Under the pieces are notes generated by a model. It saw nothing but the letters and a program-made list of their open reading frames with translations. It ran no database searches and was not told the origin of the DNA. A program made the position numbers and the translations under genes. Positions 26,091 to 44,285 of a stretch of DNA of 64,000 nt are shown here, one piece after another. Source of the DNA: Lama guanicoe. Taxonomy: Eukaryota. The stretch is taken from assembly GCA_013239625.1 (NCBI GenBank), contig MU053557.1, positions 5,715,842 through 5,779,841 on the forward strand, written 5' to 3'. Positions within the stretch are counted from its first letter, which is position 1; each line of letters opens with the position of its first letter.

Positions 26091-26165
26091 TGACGGGTGG
26101 ATCTGGGTGAGCACAGGGCCAGGAGTGTGATGAGCCCTCCATGAGTGTGTTAGTGAGAACTGTAG

Positions 26166-26840
<675 letters not shown>

Positions 26841-28589
26841 TAGTCCCCCTCCGTTGGCTGCTTGGTTTTACTGTCTTATTAGAAACAAGTGCCACTTAAA
26901 ATTATATTGAATATAGAGGAATTTTGCATCTGGAGTGCATAACTATGGAGAGATAGGAGCTGGGCAGAGTCATTTACCTGCCTTTTAATCTAGCTGGGAT
27001 TTTTAACTCTCAAAAATGTCTGTCAGTACCAGAGCTCCTGCAAAACTCATAAGATAAGAATTGGAGCTCGAATCATACACAAGGCACAGTTTAACTGAGG
27101 TCTGTGTAGATAGTGGAACATGTGTTTAATTCAAAAAATGTTTACCACACTAAACTGTATTAAAAGCATTTTGCAAACCACGGAATTTTATACATCTATC
27201 CCTATTAAAAAGAAGGCTGCAAATTAAGACCATTAAGCAGTCTTTAAAATACGATTTTCATCTACTAACTCTTTTACTCCAAGTTATTTTGCAAAGGAAA
27301 CGACATCACTCCTGTAAATGGGGAAATCGGTATCAGTTGCCATAAACAGAGGGCAACCATAACAGTAGATCCAGTGAAAACAAAACGGGGGATTAAATTC
27401 TAGAGGGGCTCCGCTGCCTGCTGACCGCCTGTCCTCTCTTCCACGAGATTAGCAAGAGTTAGAAACATATTAGCATCAAACCAAGGCTTCTTTTTGATGT
27501 TAGGAGGAGGATTGAAAAATAGGCTTGTGAGAGGAATGCTTGGCCCTCGAGTGACTCAGGTTGTGGGTGCTGTGTGCTTTGCCGCCCTGAGATCACTGTT
27601 GGGACTGGCCATGGGGCCTGGAAGGAAGTCCTGGTCTCAGGGCTGGGGACTGTCCTCCTGCCTCAGTCAGGAGTGAAGTCTCTGCTCCCCTTGACACCTC
27701 CAGAGGAGAGGAGCAGAGCAGGTGCTGTTGGCGAGCAGGCGCTGTGTGGGGAGTCAAGACCTGGGCTCAAGTCCCAGTCTGACCCTAACTGACTGGGTGA
27801 CTCGGGCAAGTCGCTTCCCCTGTCTGAGCCTCAGCAGTGAAATGACAAGGTGGGGTGAATGGGAGGGGCCTGGATGGCTAGGGTGAGGGGCGTGTGCAGA
27901 CGCAGGGCTCTGCGCCTCCGCCCCCGGGCGCTGCCTCTGAGTCGGGACACTGCTGCTCTGACCTGCGTTACCCTGTGTGATTGCTCCTGAGATTTCACTT
28001 CCTCAAGGGCTCCCCTGTTGAAAAAAAGTTTTGAGACGACTCCTGTTGAGCTTTCTAGCTCTGAGGCTTCCTGTGATGCCATGACCTACTTCTAGCAAAG
28101 GAGAGTCCTCTGTTTTCTACTTAGGACTTTCTTCTGGTGGCCCAATCTTACTCTCTCCTGCTGTAACCTAGGTCCTTGCTGCCTGACCAGGGTGAGTCCT
28201 TGAGACTGGTCCAGGGTTGACCCCATGAGGGAATCAGGCTGCCAGGTCCACTGTGTCTCCTGTGAACCCAGAGTTAGCCCTTCTTGGTCCTCATTTCCCC
28301 CATTTTTAGAACGAGAGGAGTTTGGAGCCATTTCTGTAGGAGAATACCAACAGAGACATCCACCTCCGTGCGCTCAGCTCAGTGCAGACTGCAAAGTGTT
28401 TTGCCAGCCAGGTCCCATTTGCCTTAAGCATCCTTGTGAGTCAGGGCAGAGTTGGGGTTTTTTTCTTTGTTTTTTTCTTCTTTAATCCCAGGCACTGGCT
28501 ACAGTGGAGCCTTTCTTTCAGAGACATGAATGTCGCCTCCCGAACTTGTACAGTACAGGCCGTACGGTGCCATTTACATAATATCAACA

Positions 28590-28750
28590 GCAGTGCTTAT
28601 TCAGGGCTTGGCGAGTGTTCAGCCCCTCTGTGTGTGGCCTCATCTGATCCTCACAGCAGCTCTGTGAGGTGGGTATTGTTTTAAGTCCCACTTTACAGAG
28701 GAGGGCACTACAGCTCAGAGAGGTGAAGTACCTTGCCCAAGGTCACACAG
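28590..28750 (-). mobile_element. MIR SINE
   Basis: cccactttacagaggaggg...gctcagagaggtgaagtaccttgcccaaggtcacacagct. Confidence 0.75.
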
Positions 28751-29359
28751 CTCCAGCATCGATATCTATCAGGTAGTGCATGGCCTTGATAAGATGCCGC
28801 TGGTGGTCCCAGGAGGGCCAGGACTTTTCGTCTGCAGAGTGTTCTGAGAGCGGGCTCTGCTTGCAGGATTCCTAGCAGTCTGGCGCATCATGCCGGGTAG
28901 GGATTTTTTTTCAGTCCTGACTCCAGAGTACAACTGTACGTTTGTTTCACAAGTGTCAACATCCCTTCATTGACTAGCAAAGCGCTGGGTGAGCCCTGCA
29001 CAGGAACACTGCATTGCTGGGCACACAGTACATCTTTGGAAAAGTCGTGTCCTTTGACATCAGCCTTGGAGTCACCAGTGAGGAGAAGTCCCCCACGTCA
29101 GACAGATGAAGGCATGAGGCTCACAGGGGCAGTGACCACAGAAAACCATTTTTTCATCACTTACCAAGATACCAGGCTGTTTTACATGCAGCATCTCATG
29201 TAGTCCTCCCAAGAGCCCCATGAGGGAGCTCTTACTATCTCCATTTCACACCTGGGGAAACTGAGGCCTGGAGACATTGCAGAGCTTTCTCAAGGACATG
29301 GCAGAACCAGGCTAGAGTCTAGGTCTTGTCTTGCCAGAGACCTGGTGGAGGTGGCGGCA

Positions 29360-29535
29360 CAGGGCTGGCTTCATGGGTCTGGGACCTGCACAGTCACACA
29401 GGGCCCCACGTGTGGAAAGGGGCTGTACAAGGTTTAATGTTCTGCTATTGCCTTCTTGGCATTTTTGACAGTTTTGAGCAAGGGTGCTGCATTTTCGTTT
29501 TTTGCTGGGCCCTGCGAACTTTGTAGCTGCTTCTG
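29360..29535 (+). mobile_element. MER91A-like hAT-Tip100 MITE
   Basis: cagggctggcttcatggg...gacctgcacagtcacacagggcccc...tttaatgttctgct...gggccctgcgaactttgtagctgcttctg follows the recalled MER91A consensus. Confidence 0.7.
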
Positions 29536-29625
29536 CAGTAGCAGGACCCTTCTGGGCCCTCAGTGGAAGGAGTCGGGGGCTCCTGGCTTCCCTTCACCCC
29601 TCTCTCTTCCCTCTGCTTATCCTAG

Positions 29626-29739
<114 letters not shown>

Positions 29740-30876
29740 TAGCAACTTCTAAGAGCCCTGAACACGCAGACCCTTGGAGCGTTGTTCCAAGAGGTCATCA
29801 GCAGGTGGGCTGATGGGCCCCGTTAGGGCCACATTTGGCCCTGTGGTCCCCCCGAGGCAAACAGCCCTCAGAGCAGTCATAGCCCCAGGCAGAGGGCGTT
29901 TGGGACAGAGAGTCTTTGGGGACAGCGACGACACGGCCGTGGCTCCCGTTCGTCTGTGCCCAGCCTTCAGGCTCTGCTGTCGTGGGTGTGGACATCTTGT
30001 CCCTCCTGTCTGCCTCTCACCTCCCCTTTTTGATATGATTTATACTATTTCTGCTTTAAAAAGGAATTTGTTGACTCTTAAGAACACTATAGAAATATGC
30101 AGCAGAGAAAGTGAAAATGCCGTATAATTGTAGCTGCTCCGGTGATGAGCACTGTCATGAGTTTATTTTCTAGTCTTAAGGGTTTAGGTTGAAGGCTGAG
30201 GGTTGCCTGGTTCTTGCCTTCCTTCCTTTTGGGGGCTTTCCCGAGTTCCTCACATGCTGTCCTTTGGGACTAGGCAGGAGGGAACAACCCCTGAGCCGTC
30301 ATCTGCGGTGAGCGTTCCCTCCAGCTGCCTTCTGCATGGGCCACAGTGTGGATAGCCTCTCTTGAATTCTAGGCAAAACCCTACTAGTCTGCAATTTTGG
30401 AGGGGAAAGTCTGCAGCATAGCCCTAAACCATGTAAGAGTGATACTGAGTTGTCTCTGTGTTTTTTAAATATTCTTAACCCTTAGCATGTCAGAGGTAGT
30501 TGTAGTGAAACACACAGAAAAGGGTTAAACATCTTGTATCTATACAAAGAGCTTCTGTAAGTAACTAAGTAAAAGGCAAATGACCCAGTAGAAAAACAGG
30601 AGTAGGATCAGAGTAGGCAAGTCAGAGTTGGAAGAAAGCCTTGGGATCTTTGCCTCTGAACCGTGCATTGCACAGACAGGCCCCGAGGGCCCAGGGCCTG
30701 GGAGGACTTGGCCAAAATCACTGGCTGAGTCAAGGTCACACTCGAGACTGGAGTCCAGAGCTGTGGACTGGGGCTCTGCTCTGTGCTGTAGCTCAGGGAA
30801 CCGCTCTGAGCAGCTCTTGGGTGGGCTGCGGCTGTGCACGCCATCCCCGGACCGCGTGGCGGGTGGGCTGGGCTGA

Positions 30877-31170
<294 letters not shown>

Positions 31171-31436
31171 TAGCCACTGTGTCACTGAAGCCTCACAGAG
31201 ACCCCAAGAGGCCGGTGTCTCAATAGCCTCATTTTAGAAAAGAAACTGAAGCTCAGGGAGGCCACACCAGCTACTAAGAGGTCTGACTGGGACTTAAACC
31301 CAGGCCTATTTGTTTCCTGAGCCCAAGCTCTCATCCTCAGGCTGGAGTGGGGGCCCCTGGAAAGCTGGAGGAGGTGCCCAGCAAGGAGGGAATGAGGCCT
31401 GGGAGCTGGCTCAACCTGGGCCCAGCAGCCAATTAG

Positions 31437-31967
<531 letters not shown>

Positions 31968-32149
31968 TAAGTTTCTGCTGCCTGCTCTGGCACCTGAGCC
32001 TCTCAATCCCAGGGAAGGAGGGCTGCCAGTTGGCCCCTTTCGTGAGCTATGCTTTCGTGACAGGTGAGCTGCTTTAAAGGGGCTTCTGCTGAGGCCCTGA
32101 GACAGACCTCTGTCTCATTTATTGGTTTGCTGGTGTAGAAGATGTGTCT

Positions 32150-32940
32150 GTCCCTGTTCAGGGCACTGGGAATACTGAAATGCACAAAAGCAACAAAAGT
32201 CCCTGCCATTGTAGACTCAACGTTCTAGTGGCAGGAGACAGTGCGTTCATAAATGTGTAAAGTATGTAATAGTCAGATGGTGATAAGTGCTATGGAGAAA
32301 AACCAAGCAGGAAATGGAGATAAGGAGTGTAGGGGAGAGGAGACGCTTAAACAAGATGGTTCTGGAGTGCCTTCCTGGGAATGAGCCATGCTGCTGTATG
32401 AGGACGAGCATTCGTGGCAGAGAAAACAAGTACAAAGGCCCTGAGGCAGGCTTGTGCTGGATGCGTTTGAGGACCAGCTAAGAGGCCAGTATGGCTGCAC
32501 GGAGGGGAGTGAGATGGGAGGAGGTGGTAGGACTTGAGACGGAGGGGTGATTGATGGACCAGATTGTTTACGGCCACATAAGGCCACTGGGTGGACTTTG
32601 GGTTTTATTCTGTGATGGGAAGGTTGTGAGTGGAGCGCTGTAATGATCTGAGTCATATTTTAAAAGGATTTCCATCATTCTGGCTGCTGTGAGTTGCAGA
32701 GCCTGTAGGTGACAAAGTGGGGAGCAGGAAGGCCAGTTAGGAGGTTGCTACCGTTTTCTAGATGAGGGATGGTGGCTTGGACCCGGGAGCAATGCTGGGA
32801 TGTGATCAGATTCTGGACTTAGAAGTTAGAGGCTGATGAATTGAATATTGAGCATGGGAGAGAGAGGTAAGTCAAGGATGACTCAGGTGTTTGCCCCGAG
32901 CCACTGGAAGAATGAGTTGTCATTGGTCCAGATGGGCAGC
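32150..32940 (-). mobile_element. L2 LINE fragment
   Basis: caaaagtccctgccatt...cagatggtgataagtgctatggagaaaaa...ggactttgggttttattctg...agtcaaggatgact. Confidence 0.75.
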
Positions 32941-33273
32941 CGTGGGAAGGCCAGATTCATGGTCTGTCCGTCTGTCCACTGACCTCCTTGATACCAGGTG
33001 TCCATACTGACTGTGAGGAGGAGGTGGTGATGAGACAGGTGAGTGCACTGCCTTCCTGGAGCCCATAACGAACAGCTAAACCAGTTCACGACCAAAGGTG
33101 CTGCAAGGCCAGTTCTGAAGCCACGGAGGAGTTACAGAGTGTACCTGGGGGAGTCGCTCTGGAGAGGGGCAGGGATCCCTCACTAGGCAAACAGTCCAGG
33201 TTTCCAGAAACATTCTTGCTTGCCTGTCTCTGTTACTTTTGAGTCTACTCATTTCATACAGAGTAATATGTGA

Positions 33274-33639
<366 letters not shown>

Positions 33640-34378
33640 TAGCCCTTGGCTGCGGCGGGGGAGAGGCTGCCTGGCAGGCAGCTGGTCTGTGGCTGAGGCC
33701 AGCCTTCCGGGACCCAGACCTGGGAGGAGGGACCGGAGCAGGTGTGCCGCCAGGAGTTGGGAAACCCTCACTCCAGCCCTGGCTCTGTCCACGCTCTGCT
33801 GCTTGACCTTGGTGGGGAACCTGAGCAGTCTCTTTTCTCCTTTTTATAATCTTGCACTTCAGTACAGTTTTGTTGACATTTTTGTCTGCGTTCTCTTTCC
33901 AGTCTTTGTGTGTGTATGTAAATATTATATATTAATGTACGTAGTAAACTATGAATACATTAAACTATATAACATATATATAACACATATATTATGTATT
34001 TTAAACTACCCAGCTGAGCTTTCTGGGCTTCTTTTTCCTTATCTGTGAAGTGGAAATAACCATCCATGCTATAATGGTATTAGACAGATCTCAAGTGGTG
34101 GTGTTATTCAGCTTTATGGAATAACCAAGTACTGCTTACCTTCCGAGCCACCCCCTCACCTTCCTGCCAAAAAAAGGGCCAAAGAGCACCCACGTGCCTG
34201 TGCAGGTCAGCTTCCGTTTTGAAGGCTGCCATAGTCAGCATCAGTCCCACTGGATTCACCTAGCCCAGGTCACATGGCAGTTTTATTGACCGCCCCAGTG
34301 AACCTAGGACCGGCTCTCGCGCAGCCCCGCAAGCTGAAGCAAGACCAGGGAGGGCTAGAAGTGGGGATGAAGGTATGA

Positions 34379-34738
<360 letters not shown>

Positions 34739-35095
34739 TGAACTCAGGTGCACACTTGCTCACCAGTGTGGGCACAGTGGGCACACTTGCCTGTTCTCAT
34801 GCTCATGTGTGTATACACCTCCCTCACAGACCTGTGTGCATGCACACACACGCAGCCTCTGAGAAACCAGCATTACAAAACTGGAGGTGAACATGGTGTA
34901 AATGAAGTGTGGGAGGCACCTGCCCGGCCTGGTTAGACTCAGGCTCTTAGGTCCCCTTCTCACTCCACCAGGCTCTGAGTCATGGGAAAAGGGGACTGAT
35001 TGGAGAGTTTGGGGGACAGTTCTTGGGGAATTTTGCCCCTGGGGCTGTCAGAAACTAGAAGCAGAAGCTATAATTGATGTTCTCATAATTCAGAC

Positions 35096-35330
35096 CAGGG
35101 GTCCACTGGTCCACTTGTGAGCCAGTCTGGTCTGCGGTCTGTTTTTGTAAATAAAGTTTTATTGGAACACAGCCAGGCTTATTCTTGTATATACTGTCTG
35201 TGACTGCTTTCAGGCTGCAACAGTAGAGTTGAGTGGCTTGTGACAGACTGGATGGTCCTCAAGCCTAAAATATTTACTAAACATTTCAGAAGATTTTCTA
35301 AACTTTATAGAAAAGTTTGCTGTCCCTTTG
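35096..35330 (+). mobile_element. MER58-like hAT-Charlie MITE
   Basis: tgtttttgtaaataaagttttattggaacacagcca...gagttgagt...gcctaaaatatttact...tttatagaaaagtttgc. Confidence 0.8.
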
Positions 35331-35609
35331 CTGAACTTTTAAATTCAATAGTAGGAGCTTATGAGCTCCTATTACATGCCAGGCACTTGGCTGAGCATTT
35401 TGCTAGGCTGTCTGGGAGCATGAGACTGACCAGAAATGGTCCCTGCCTACCAGCAGCTCAGTGCCCAAAGGTGGAGCTGTGATAAGGACACGTGTAGTTA
35501 GGCCTGTGATTCAGGGCTGTAAGAGCCACAAATCCATGTGCAGTGAGAGTCCAGAGTCCATCCACTGAGTTCTTGGGCCCGCCTGACATTCCTTCTGCTG
35601 TTGTTTTAG

Positions 35610-35723
<114 letters not shown>

Positions 35724-36847
35724 TGACCAGTCTCCCCAGTCTGATGGCTCTCTCAGCCACAGAATTCTGGGGACCATCTTGCCCTGGTCCCACACCCCAA
35801 GAATCTGCCCCCTCTTTTCCAGGAAGTGGGAGTAAAGGTGGAGTGAACATGCATTGTCCATCAGTGTGGAGGTGGGAAGTGGGTAGAGGTTGGGCAAAGA
35901 ATTCTATCTGTCCTGAACCACAGCCTCAGGGAGCTCTCCCTGTGTCCTCGTGGGCGTCTCTGAATCAAAGCAGAGAAGCCCAGATCAGCCTCTCTGCAGG
36001 CTTGCGCAGTGCCAGGCAAAACTGGGTCAGGGCAAAGAGCACTGTGATCAGTTAGTCATGTCTGCCAGAGGGGCAGGAGCGGGAGGTGGTGATGTGGTTG
36101 CTAAGTATTTGTCAGGCACACTATATGGCATGGATGGGTGCTCCCACTTTACAGACAAGACACTCAAGGCTCAGAGAAGTTAAGTGACTTTCCCTAACAC
36201 ATTTAGTTAGGAAATGGCAGGTCCAGGTCCTGAACCCTGGTCTCTGTGGCCCCAAGACTTGCACTCTTAATCACCAAACTCTCCAGTCTCCTTCTCTTCT
36301 GGAACCTCTGACTGTAGCATATTAACTGTAGACTCACACATAGGAAAGGAAGGAACTCTCTAAAGGAGAGGGTAGGTCCTGTACTGTCAAACAGGGAAAG
36401 GAGTATGAGTGAAGGAAGGGCACCAAGAGAGGAGGCATCTGAGCCAGATTGCTTAGCTCTTCAAGAATTTACATCAGCAGCCTGGAGAGTCTGGAACTCC
36501 CTTTTCCTTGAGTTCTTCCCAGAACCAGAGAGGACAGAGGGCCAGAGCCAGAAGGGACCAGCAGAAACCATGTAGTTCTGGGATTATGAGGAGACACTCA
36601 TCAGCTGGACATGGCTGCTGGAGTACAGTGGTGAGAAGGATTCTGAGACCAAGTCCTTGTTTAGTGGTAAAGAATGCTGTGGTGGACTAGTGATGTCTGC
36701 AGTGGATGCAGGAGTCGGGGGTACCCAAATGCGAGCCGTGTATTGGCCCATCCCGAGTTATAATTCCTTCACGGTAGAGATGAGGAGACTAAACCTAGAG
36801 AAGGGAAGGGACTTTTCCAGTATCTCCTAGTGAGTAATGGAGTGTGA

Positions 36848-37051
<204 letters not shown>

Positions 37052-38682
37052 TAAGTTGGCCTTTCTGTCCACAGTGGGACGGCATGGCTGTCATGGAGTC
37101 TGCCCAGGAGGAGGTCTGCTGTGGCCACAGCAGGAAGCAGCTGGCGCTTGCTCACACGCAGCTAAAGTTCCTGTAAACATGGACAAAGCTCAGTGACCCT
37201 TGAGTCATGCTATTGGAGCCTTGTCTCAGATGGGACACTTGACGAGGAAGCCTTTGGCCCCTTTACATTATTGCCTGGGTTCAGACACTGCTAGAAGTCG
37301 GAGTCCGGCCCCTCCCTTGTGTGCACAGAAACATCCCGAGTCCCAGAGAAGGAGAAGGACACGCCCAATGCCCTGAGAGCTGGGGACAGAGCCGGGGAAA
37401 ATCCAAGTGTTCTGATCTGAAGGCTGCATGTGAAGCCGGAGGTGGTCTTGTGAGCCCTTCAGAGGTGGCTCGCTAGCCTTCAGGGCGTCTCCTGGGGTGG
37501 TGGGAACTGTAGCTTCCCACCAGAACCTATCACTAGAGATTATTACCACAGAGGGTGGGCGCTGGAGGGCATCGTGGTTCTACACTCTGATTTTTCAATT
37601 TGGATCTCTCTCTACTATTTGTCTTTTCTAACCTTATACTTGTATTCCTCTTGTTTATTTTTATGTCATTGGTTTACTGAGTGGGGACATCATAGGTATT
37701 TTTCTGTTTGCTTTTTGGTATTTTTCTGTGTGTATTTCTGTCAGTCTCTTTCTTCTATCAATCATTTGTCCACCTGCCCACCTCCTTGTCTGTTTCTGTC
37801 TCTGGTATCACCAGTCTCATGTCAAACGCACTGTAGCCAGATGCATTATTGGGAGTCACCTCTTTCTGGATTTAGAGAGGTAATATGGTGAGTCACCGTA
37901 CATTTAGCAGCACCTTCAGCAAGGTCTGGGGCATCACCCATTAGCAGATACATTAGTATGTCTGTAGCGAAGTATATGTATATTTATGCCAGGTAAGATA
38001 CATAAGTCAAGTTTTGCTGCCTGATGACTTTGCTCCAAACTAAGGGAAAATGCTGCTTTCTCAGTTTAGGTGTCACACAATGAATTGTGGACACCCAGAT
38101 GCTAGTCTGTGAAGGGAATTTGGAAGAGTGAAAGAGCCAGCAATTCCTTGGCTCCATTCCCAAGATTTTGATTTTGTAGGTCGGGGTTTGAAACTCTCAC
38201 AAGCCCCTACATGACTCTGATAAGGGCTCCCTGAGACCACCCTGGAGAAACCCTGTCTCACAGGACAGAGTAGGGATCCTACGCCTTTAACTAGGATGAG
38301 CCTTGTGGGTTTGGTTCCCATGAATCCCCAGAGTTATACCTTGGTTTTGCATGAGTAGGTGCCCTTAGGAGGATCTAGAGTGTTCTTTTAGTTTTATGAG
38401 GGGCCCGCAACTTAGAGGTGGTCCCAAAGGACAAGTGAGAGCAGTCACTCTGGGTGGGATGTGGGAAGTTCATCTGGAAAGCTGTCAGCTTCGCCCATAT
38501 GAAGCTGGGAAGAGGGGATGGGTGGCAGGAGGTGAACTCCCTCCCCACTTGTCTCCTGGTCCACAGGGACAGCTTAGAAAAGTGCCATCACAGGTCAGGA
38601 AAGAAACCCTGCCGTCTGGAGGCAGCAGAGGGCGTCCCTTCCCTCAGTGCTGGCTGGCGTTCCAGCGTCAGAGGCATCCCCA

Positions 38683-38700
38683 CTCGCCCCCTAGTGGCAG
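38683..38700 (-). promoter_or_regulatory. CTCF motif in intron 10
   Basis: Minus strand reads CTGCCACTAGGGGGCGAG, a near-consensus CTCF core. Confidence 0.65.
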
Positions 38701-38976
38701 CGAGAGTTAGGGCCCTGTCAGTTTCACTCTGGGAGCATCCCATTTCGGGTGGAAAGACACAACCCCCTTCCCATGCCCTGCAGCCCACACTGCACTCGCA
38801 AGTCTTCAGAGCCTCCTGACCATGAGGGCTCCCCCAGAAAGGAGCGAATTTAGAAAAGGGAGACTGCCAAGTGGCTGTTCCATCTAGGACCCCTGCCAGA
38901 AGGGAGTCCTTGTTTGGCTGGGAGCAGTGTGCCTGCTTGCTTTCTGAAGTTCCACCCCCAGGTCCCTTCCTCATGA

Positions 38977-39474
<498 letters not shown>

Positions 39475-40759
39475 TGACGAAGCCTAGATTTGGTCAACAG
39501 TGATCTGGGCTCATACTAACAGTGGCCTCTTCACTGGGCACTAGGTAGGGGTGGGGTGGGAATGCAGAGAAGGACGAGACACAGGGCCTGCCATTCTTAG
39601 TGGAGGATGCAAACGCCTGATCAGGTAAGGTGTTACCTAGGGTGTGGTTCATGCTAGAGAGTGTGACGTCTACCTCCTACTTGGCTAAGAACTAGAATTT
39701 TCTTTAATCTTGATGACCTGACTTAATTCCTTCTGAGCACCATTCCACTGTGCTTACAGGCTTTGGGCCTTTTGGAGGTTTCTTCCCCTGCCTGCCAGTC
39801 TTCCTGGGATTATGCCACAGGGCCAGGGCCAGGGGCTTCCTGGTCTAGAGCAGGGCTGGCCCGGCTCTGAGCCTGCTTCCCTGCGTTCTCCCAGTGGCCG
39901 CCTCCTCTCCGGGGCCTCGTGCCCACAGCGCCAGCAGGAGGCAGGGCGCAGACCCTCCTGTTCCCCCTCCTCTCACCCCCTGAGCCGGGAGCCCCCCTCG
40001 TCTGGTGGGCAGTCCCCCTCTTCCTCCTGCTTCTCGGGGTCTTTCTGTCTATACGCGGATATTCTCCTTTCCTCTGGGCTTTGTCTTTAGGGGAACAAAG
40101 CCACTTCTCTGTTCCGCTCTGCTGAGTGCCCCCCACCTCCTGGCGATGAGCAGAGACTGGTTGTCTGCTTTTGTAGGAGGCGGGAAGGAGGAGGGAGAGG
40201 GCGATGGAGGGAACGCGGCCCTAGGTGGAGTCCGACCCGCCGTCTGCACTGACGCGCCCGCGCTGCGCCGTGTCTCCCACCTCACTGGCGCGTCACTGCA
40301 GGTTCTGAGAGGGCAGAGGGCTTTGTGTGTCCCCTTCTCACAGGTGAGGAAGCCAAGCTTCGGCAAGCCAGGAGACCAGCTCAAGTTCATGTGCTGGCAT
40401 TCTGAACCCAGCTCCTCCGGGTCTAAGACCCTCTTCTTTCTTCTGTCCACGGTTGAGGTGGGATGAGGAGAAGGGGGACGAATTCCCACCAGGAGGATCC
40501 AGGAAGGCGCTGGAGGAGGGGGGCTGGGGCCTGCCTCAGAGAAGAGGCCGCTGTGATGCGTCATTGTCACACCCTTCACCCCCTGCCTGGGCTGTGTGAT
40601 CCTCAGTGAGGGTGGGGGGACCCGTGGGGGTCACTGCCTGGTGGACAGGTGCCCGATCTCTGGACTTGGGAATTCGGCTGCTGCCGACTGCCTGTGGCGT
40701 TGTTTTAGGTGGTTCAAACCTGGTGTTTTCCCCTTTCCAGTCGTTTCCCAGTCCTTCCT

Positions 40760-41025
40760 GCTCAGTCTGCTTGAGCAGCCATAACTGTTATAGATTGGGT
40801 GGCTTAAACCACAGAAATTTATTTCTCATAGTTCTGGAGCCTAGAATTCTAAGTCCAAGATCAAGGTGCCAGTCAGTTTGGTTCCTGGTGAGAGCTCTCT
40901 TCCTGGCTTTTAGACGACCTCCTGCTCACTGTGTCCTCACAAGGCAGAGAGAGCTAACTCTCCGGTGTCCCTTCTCACAAGGACACCAGCCCTGTTACGA
41001 GCGCCCCGCCCGCCTGACCTCACCA
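40760..41025 (-). mobile_element. MLT1 (MaLR) LTR fragment
   Basis: gggtggcttaaaccacagaaatttatttctcatagttctggag...gtccaagatcaaggtgcca...ggttcctggtgagagctctcttcctggctt. Confidence 0.8.
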
Positions 41026-41492
41026 GGGCCTGTAGCAGACAGTCCTAGCTGCCTGGTGTCTGAGAACATCGGCTCATTTGTATTGTATTTATAAAGGATT
41101 ACCTCTTATATGTGATAGCTGGCTCTAGTTTTCCATCGATGGAGGCAGTGTTGAGTTTACTTTTGAGATACATGTATGTCAGAAAGATGAGTCAACGTAA
41201 GGGAAATTATGCTGACGTGGCACACGCAGGTGGTTTGTGGCTACAGCAGAAATCGTAGAGGTGGTGTGCTAATGACCAGCATTTGGAAGTTCTGATCTCA
41301 TCCAGCTCCTGTCTTGGAAAGATGGGGAGACTAGGGCTCTGAGGGGCTGTGACTTCCCTGAGGTCAAAGGACAGACAAGGAGAGGCAGAACTTGAAGCCA
41401 GGGCTTCTGGGTCCAGCCCAGGGTCTTTTGGCCGCCTCCTGGTTGCTGTCCCACAAAGGCGTCTTCCTGGGGCCCTCCACATGACGTGCTGA

Positions 41493-41909
<417 letters not shown>

Positions 41910-42327
41910 TAGGCCCCCAGGGAGGGGGAAGACGTGCGTGTGTGATGGAGGGAAAGCCCGGGTGGAGAGATAGGCAGGGCCGAATCACCGAGGCATTTTA
42001 GGGGAAACCCTTGGAGAATTTAGGCAGGAGAGTGACTAGTGACTTGTGGCCCAGAAGCTTGGAGAGGGGCAGAGAGGGGTGTCATAGGGATATGAGGGGC
42101 AGTCAGGGTGTTGGTGACAGCTTAAACTCGAGGAGAGGATGGCATTGGTCAGAGGAAGCTGGCAGAGAGCAGGGACTTAGACTGCCCGGGACTGAGGCCT
42201 GGATACCTCCCGTCCAAAGGTGGAGAAGGCAGCAGGGTTTACAGAGTCCAGGGTCCCTGGTGTGTAACCATGGCTGCTGACCCAGAAGACTGGGGGCCTG
42301 CTTGCCAGTGGAGTGGGAACAGGGTGA

Positions 42328-42465
<138 letters not shown>

Positions 42466-43378
42466 TGAGTGTTCCCTTGGCCTTTGAACAGGGGGATGTC
42501 CTAAGACTTGATTGATTTTGAGAGAGAAACAGGTTAGAGTCAGCAAGTGTAAGAAAGTACACACGTCCCTGATGGCAGTTTAGGAGAAAAGTTAATACGC
42601 CTTCAGTCATGTTAATAAAGGTATGGTCTCAAGAAAAAGGGAGGTGATGGCTTTGTTCTACTCTAGTCATTCCTACCCCGGGGTGTTCTTTTCAGCCTGG
42701 AGGCAGTGTTAAGTGTAAGTGTTTTCAGTGTTTTGTCTAAGTATGTTAGACCAACAATGAGCAACTGCAGTTCTCACAAGGGTTTCTTAGCACTAAATTA
42801 TGATTTAAATACAAGTTTCATGAAAAAGACAGTACAGACGTTAGTGGCTGATAATCCCCATCACTCAAAACCCATCTCAAGTGCCCCGAGAATGCCCTCC
42901 CAAGGTGAGTAAGTGCCCGCCTGTGTTGAGGGGCTCAGGGCTGGGGAGGGGCTGTCTCTTAGTGTGCATCAGACAGGTGACACACTCAGCTGGATGAGGG
43001 GTTCTCAAGAGAAGGAGAAATGAAGTCAGTTTCCCAGCTACCTTTTTAGAAAAGATTTGCAGCCAGAATGTTCCCTTCTCCCTGCTATGGAGCTTGAAGG
43101 TGGAGAAAGGAAGTCAGGCCTTTGCGTTGAGGTAGAATGGAGCAGCAGAGAGGCCTGGGTTAGGACCCCAGATCCATTACTTCTTTAGCTGGGTGACCTT
43201 GGACATGTCTCAGGTCCTGCAAGCGTCACTTTCCTCATCTGTAAGCTGGGGATAAAGGTAATAATTCCTACCTCCCGAGGGTCACTGACTTGCATGAGAG
43301 CGTGCATGTGGAGCCTGTGGCTCAATGCCTGAGGTGTGCTGATCTCAGTCAGTGACAGTGCTGTCATCCTCATCTCCT

Positions 43379-43400
43379 CCACCACCACCACCACCACCTA
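43379..43400. repeat. (CCA)n microsatellite
   Basis: ccaccaccaccaccaccaccta. Confidence 0.8.
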
Positions 43401-44009
43401 CCCCTACCCTGTGACCTCTTCAGAAATCCCTGTCTCCCTCTCGTACCAAACGTGAGTTCTATGTTCCTGCTGTCCTCGTGCCCAAGAATTTCCTAGTGGT
43501 TCCCAGTCTGGAACTGAATTCCGATGCCAGTAGTCCTCGCCCCTCACCCCCATGATAGCATCAGATCTTCTCTCCCAAAATTACCCGTGAAGCTCCAGCG
43601 TGACTTCCAATTCTGAAGGTAGTCTTGCTCTGTCATTTCTGAAATTTATTAAAAATTTTTTTCAGTGATGGACACACTTAAATGCAACTGCAGATACAGC
43701 ATTTCTTGATAGAGACTGAATGTATTAAAAAGCAAAAGAGCCCCCACTAAACTTTCCCACCCTACGTTAAAAACAAAAACAAACACGAAAAAAGCCATTG
43801 CTCACCTCTGAGTTGGAGACTGCTAAGAGGACTCCCAGAATAAGGAAGGCTGGGAAGTGTTCATGTTACAGATTTGCTGCAGGAACTGAACCTGCCTATA
43901 GCTGGGGAAAGAGGGGGCAGGTGTGGTTAGTGGGGCCCAGAGGCAAAACTTGGGCCAAAAGTCTGGGGTCCAGAGTGTGTGTAGGGGAGTGGCTGCCGTG
44001 GTCTCCTAG

Positions 44010-44285
<276 letters not shown>

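Noticed and set aside
26890..27500. AT-rich block after exon 3 as foreign or novel DNA
   Set aside because: Probably a decayed DNA transposon. No ORF or terminal repeats could be confirmed, so no family was assigned.
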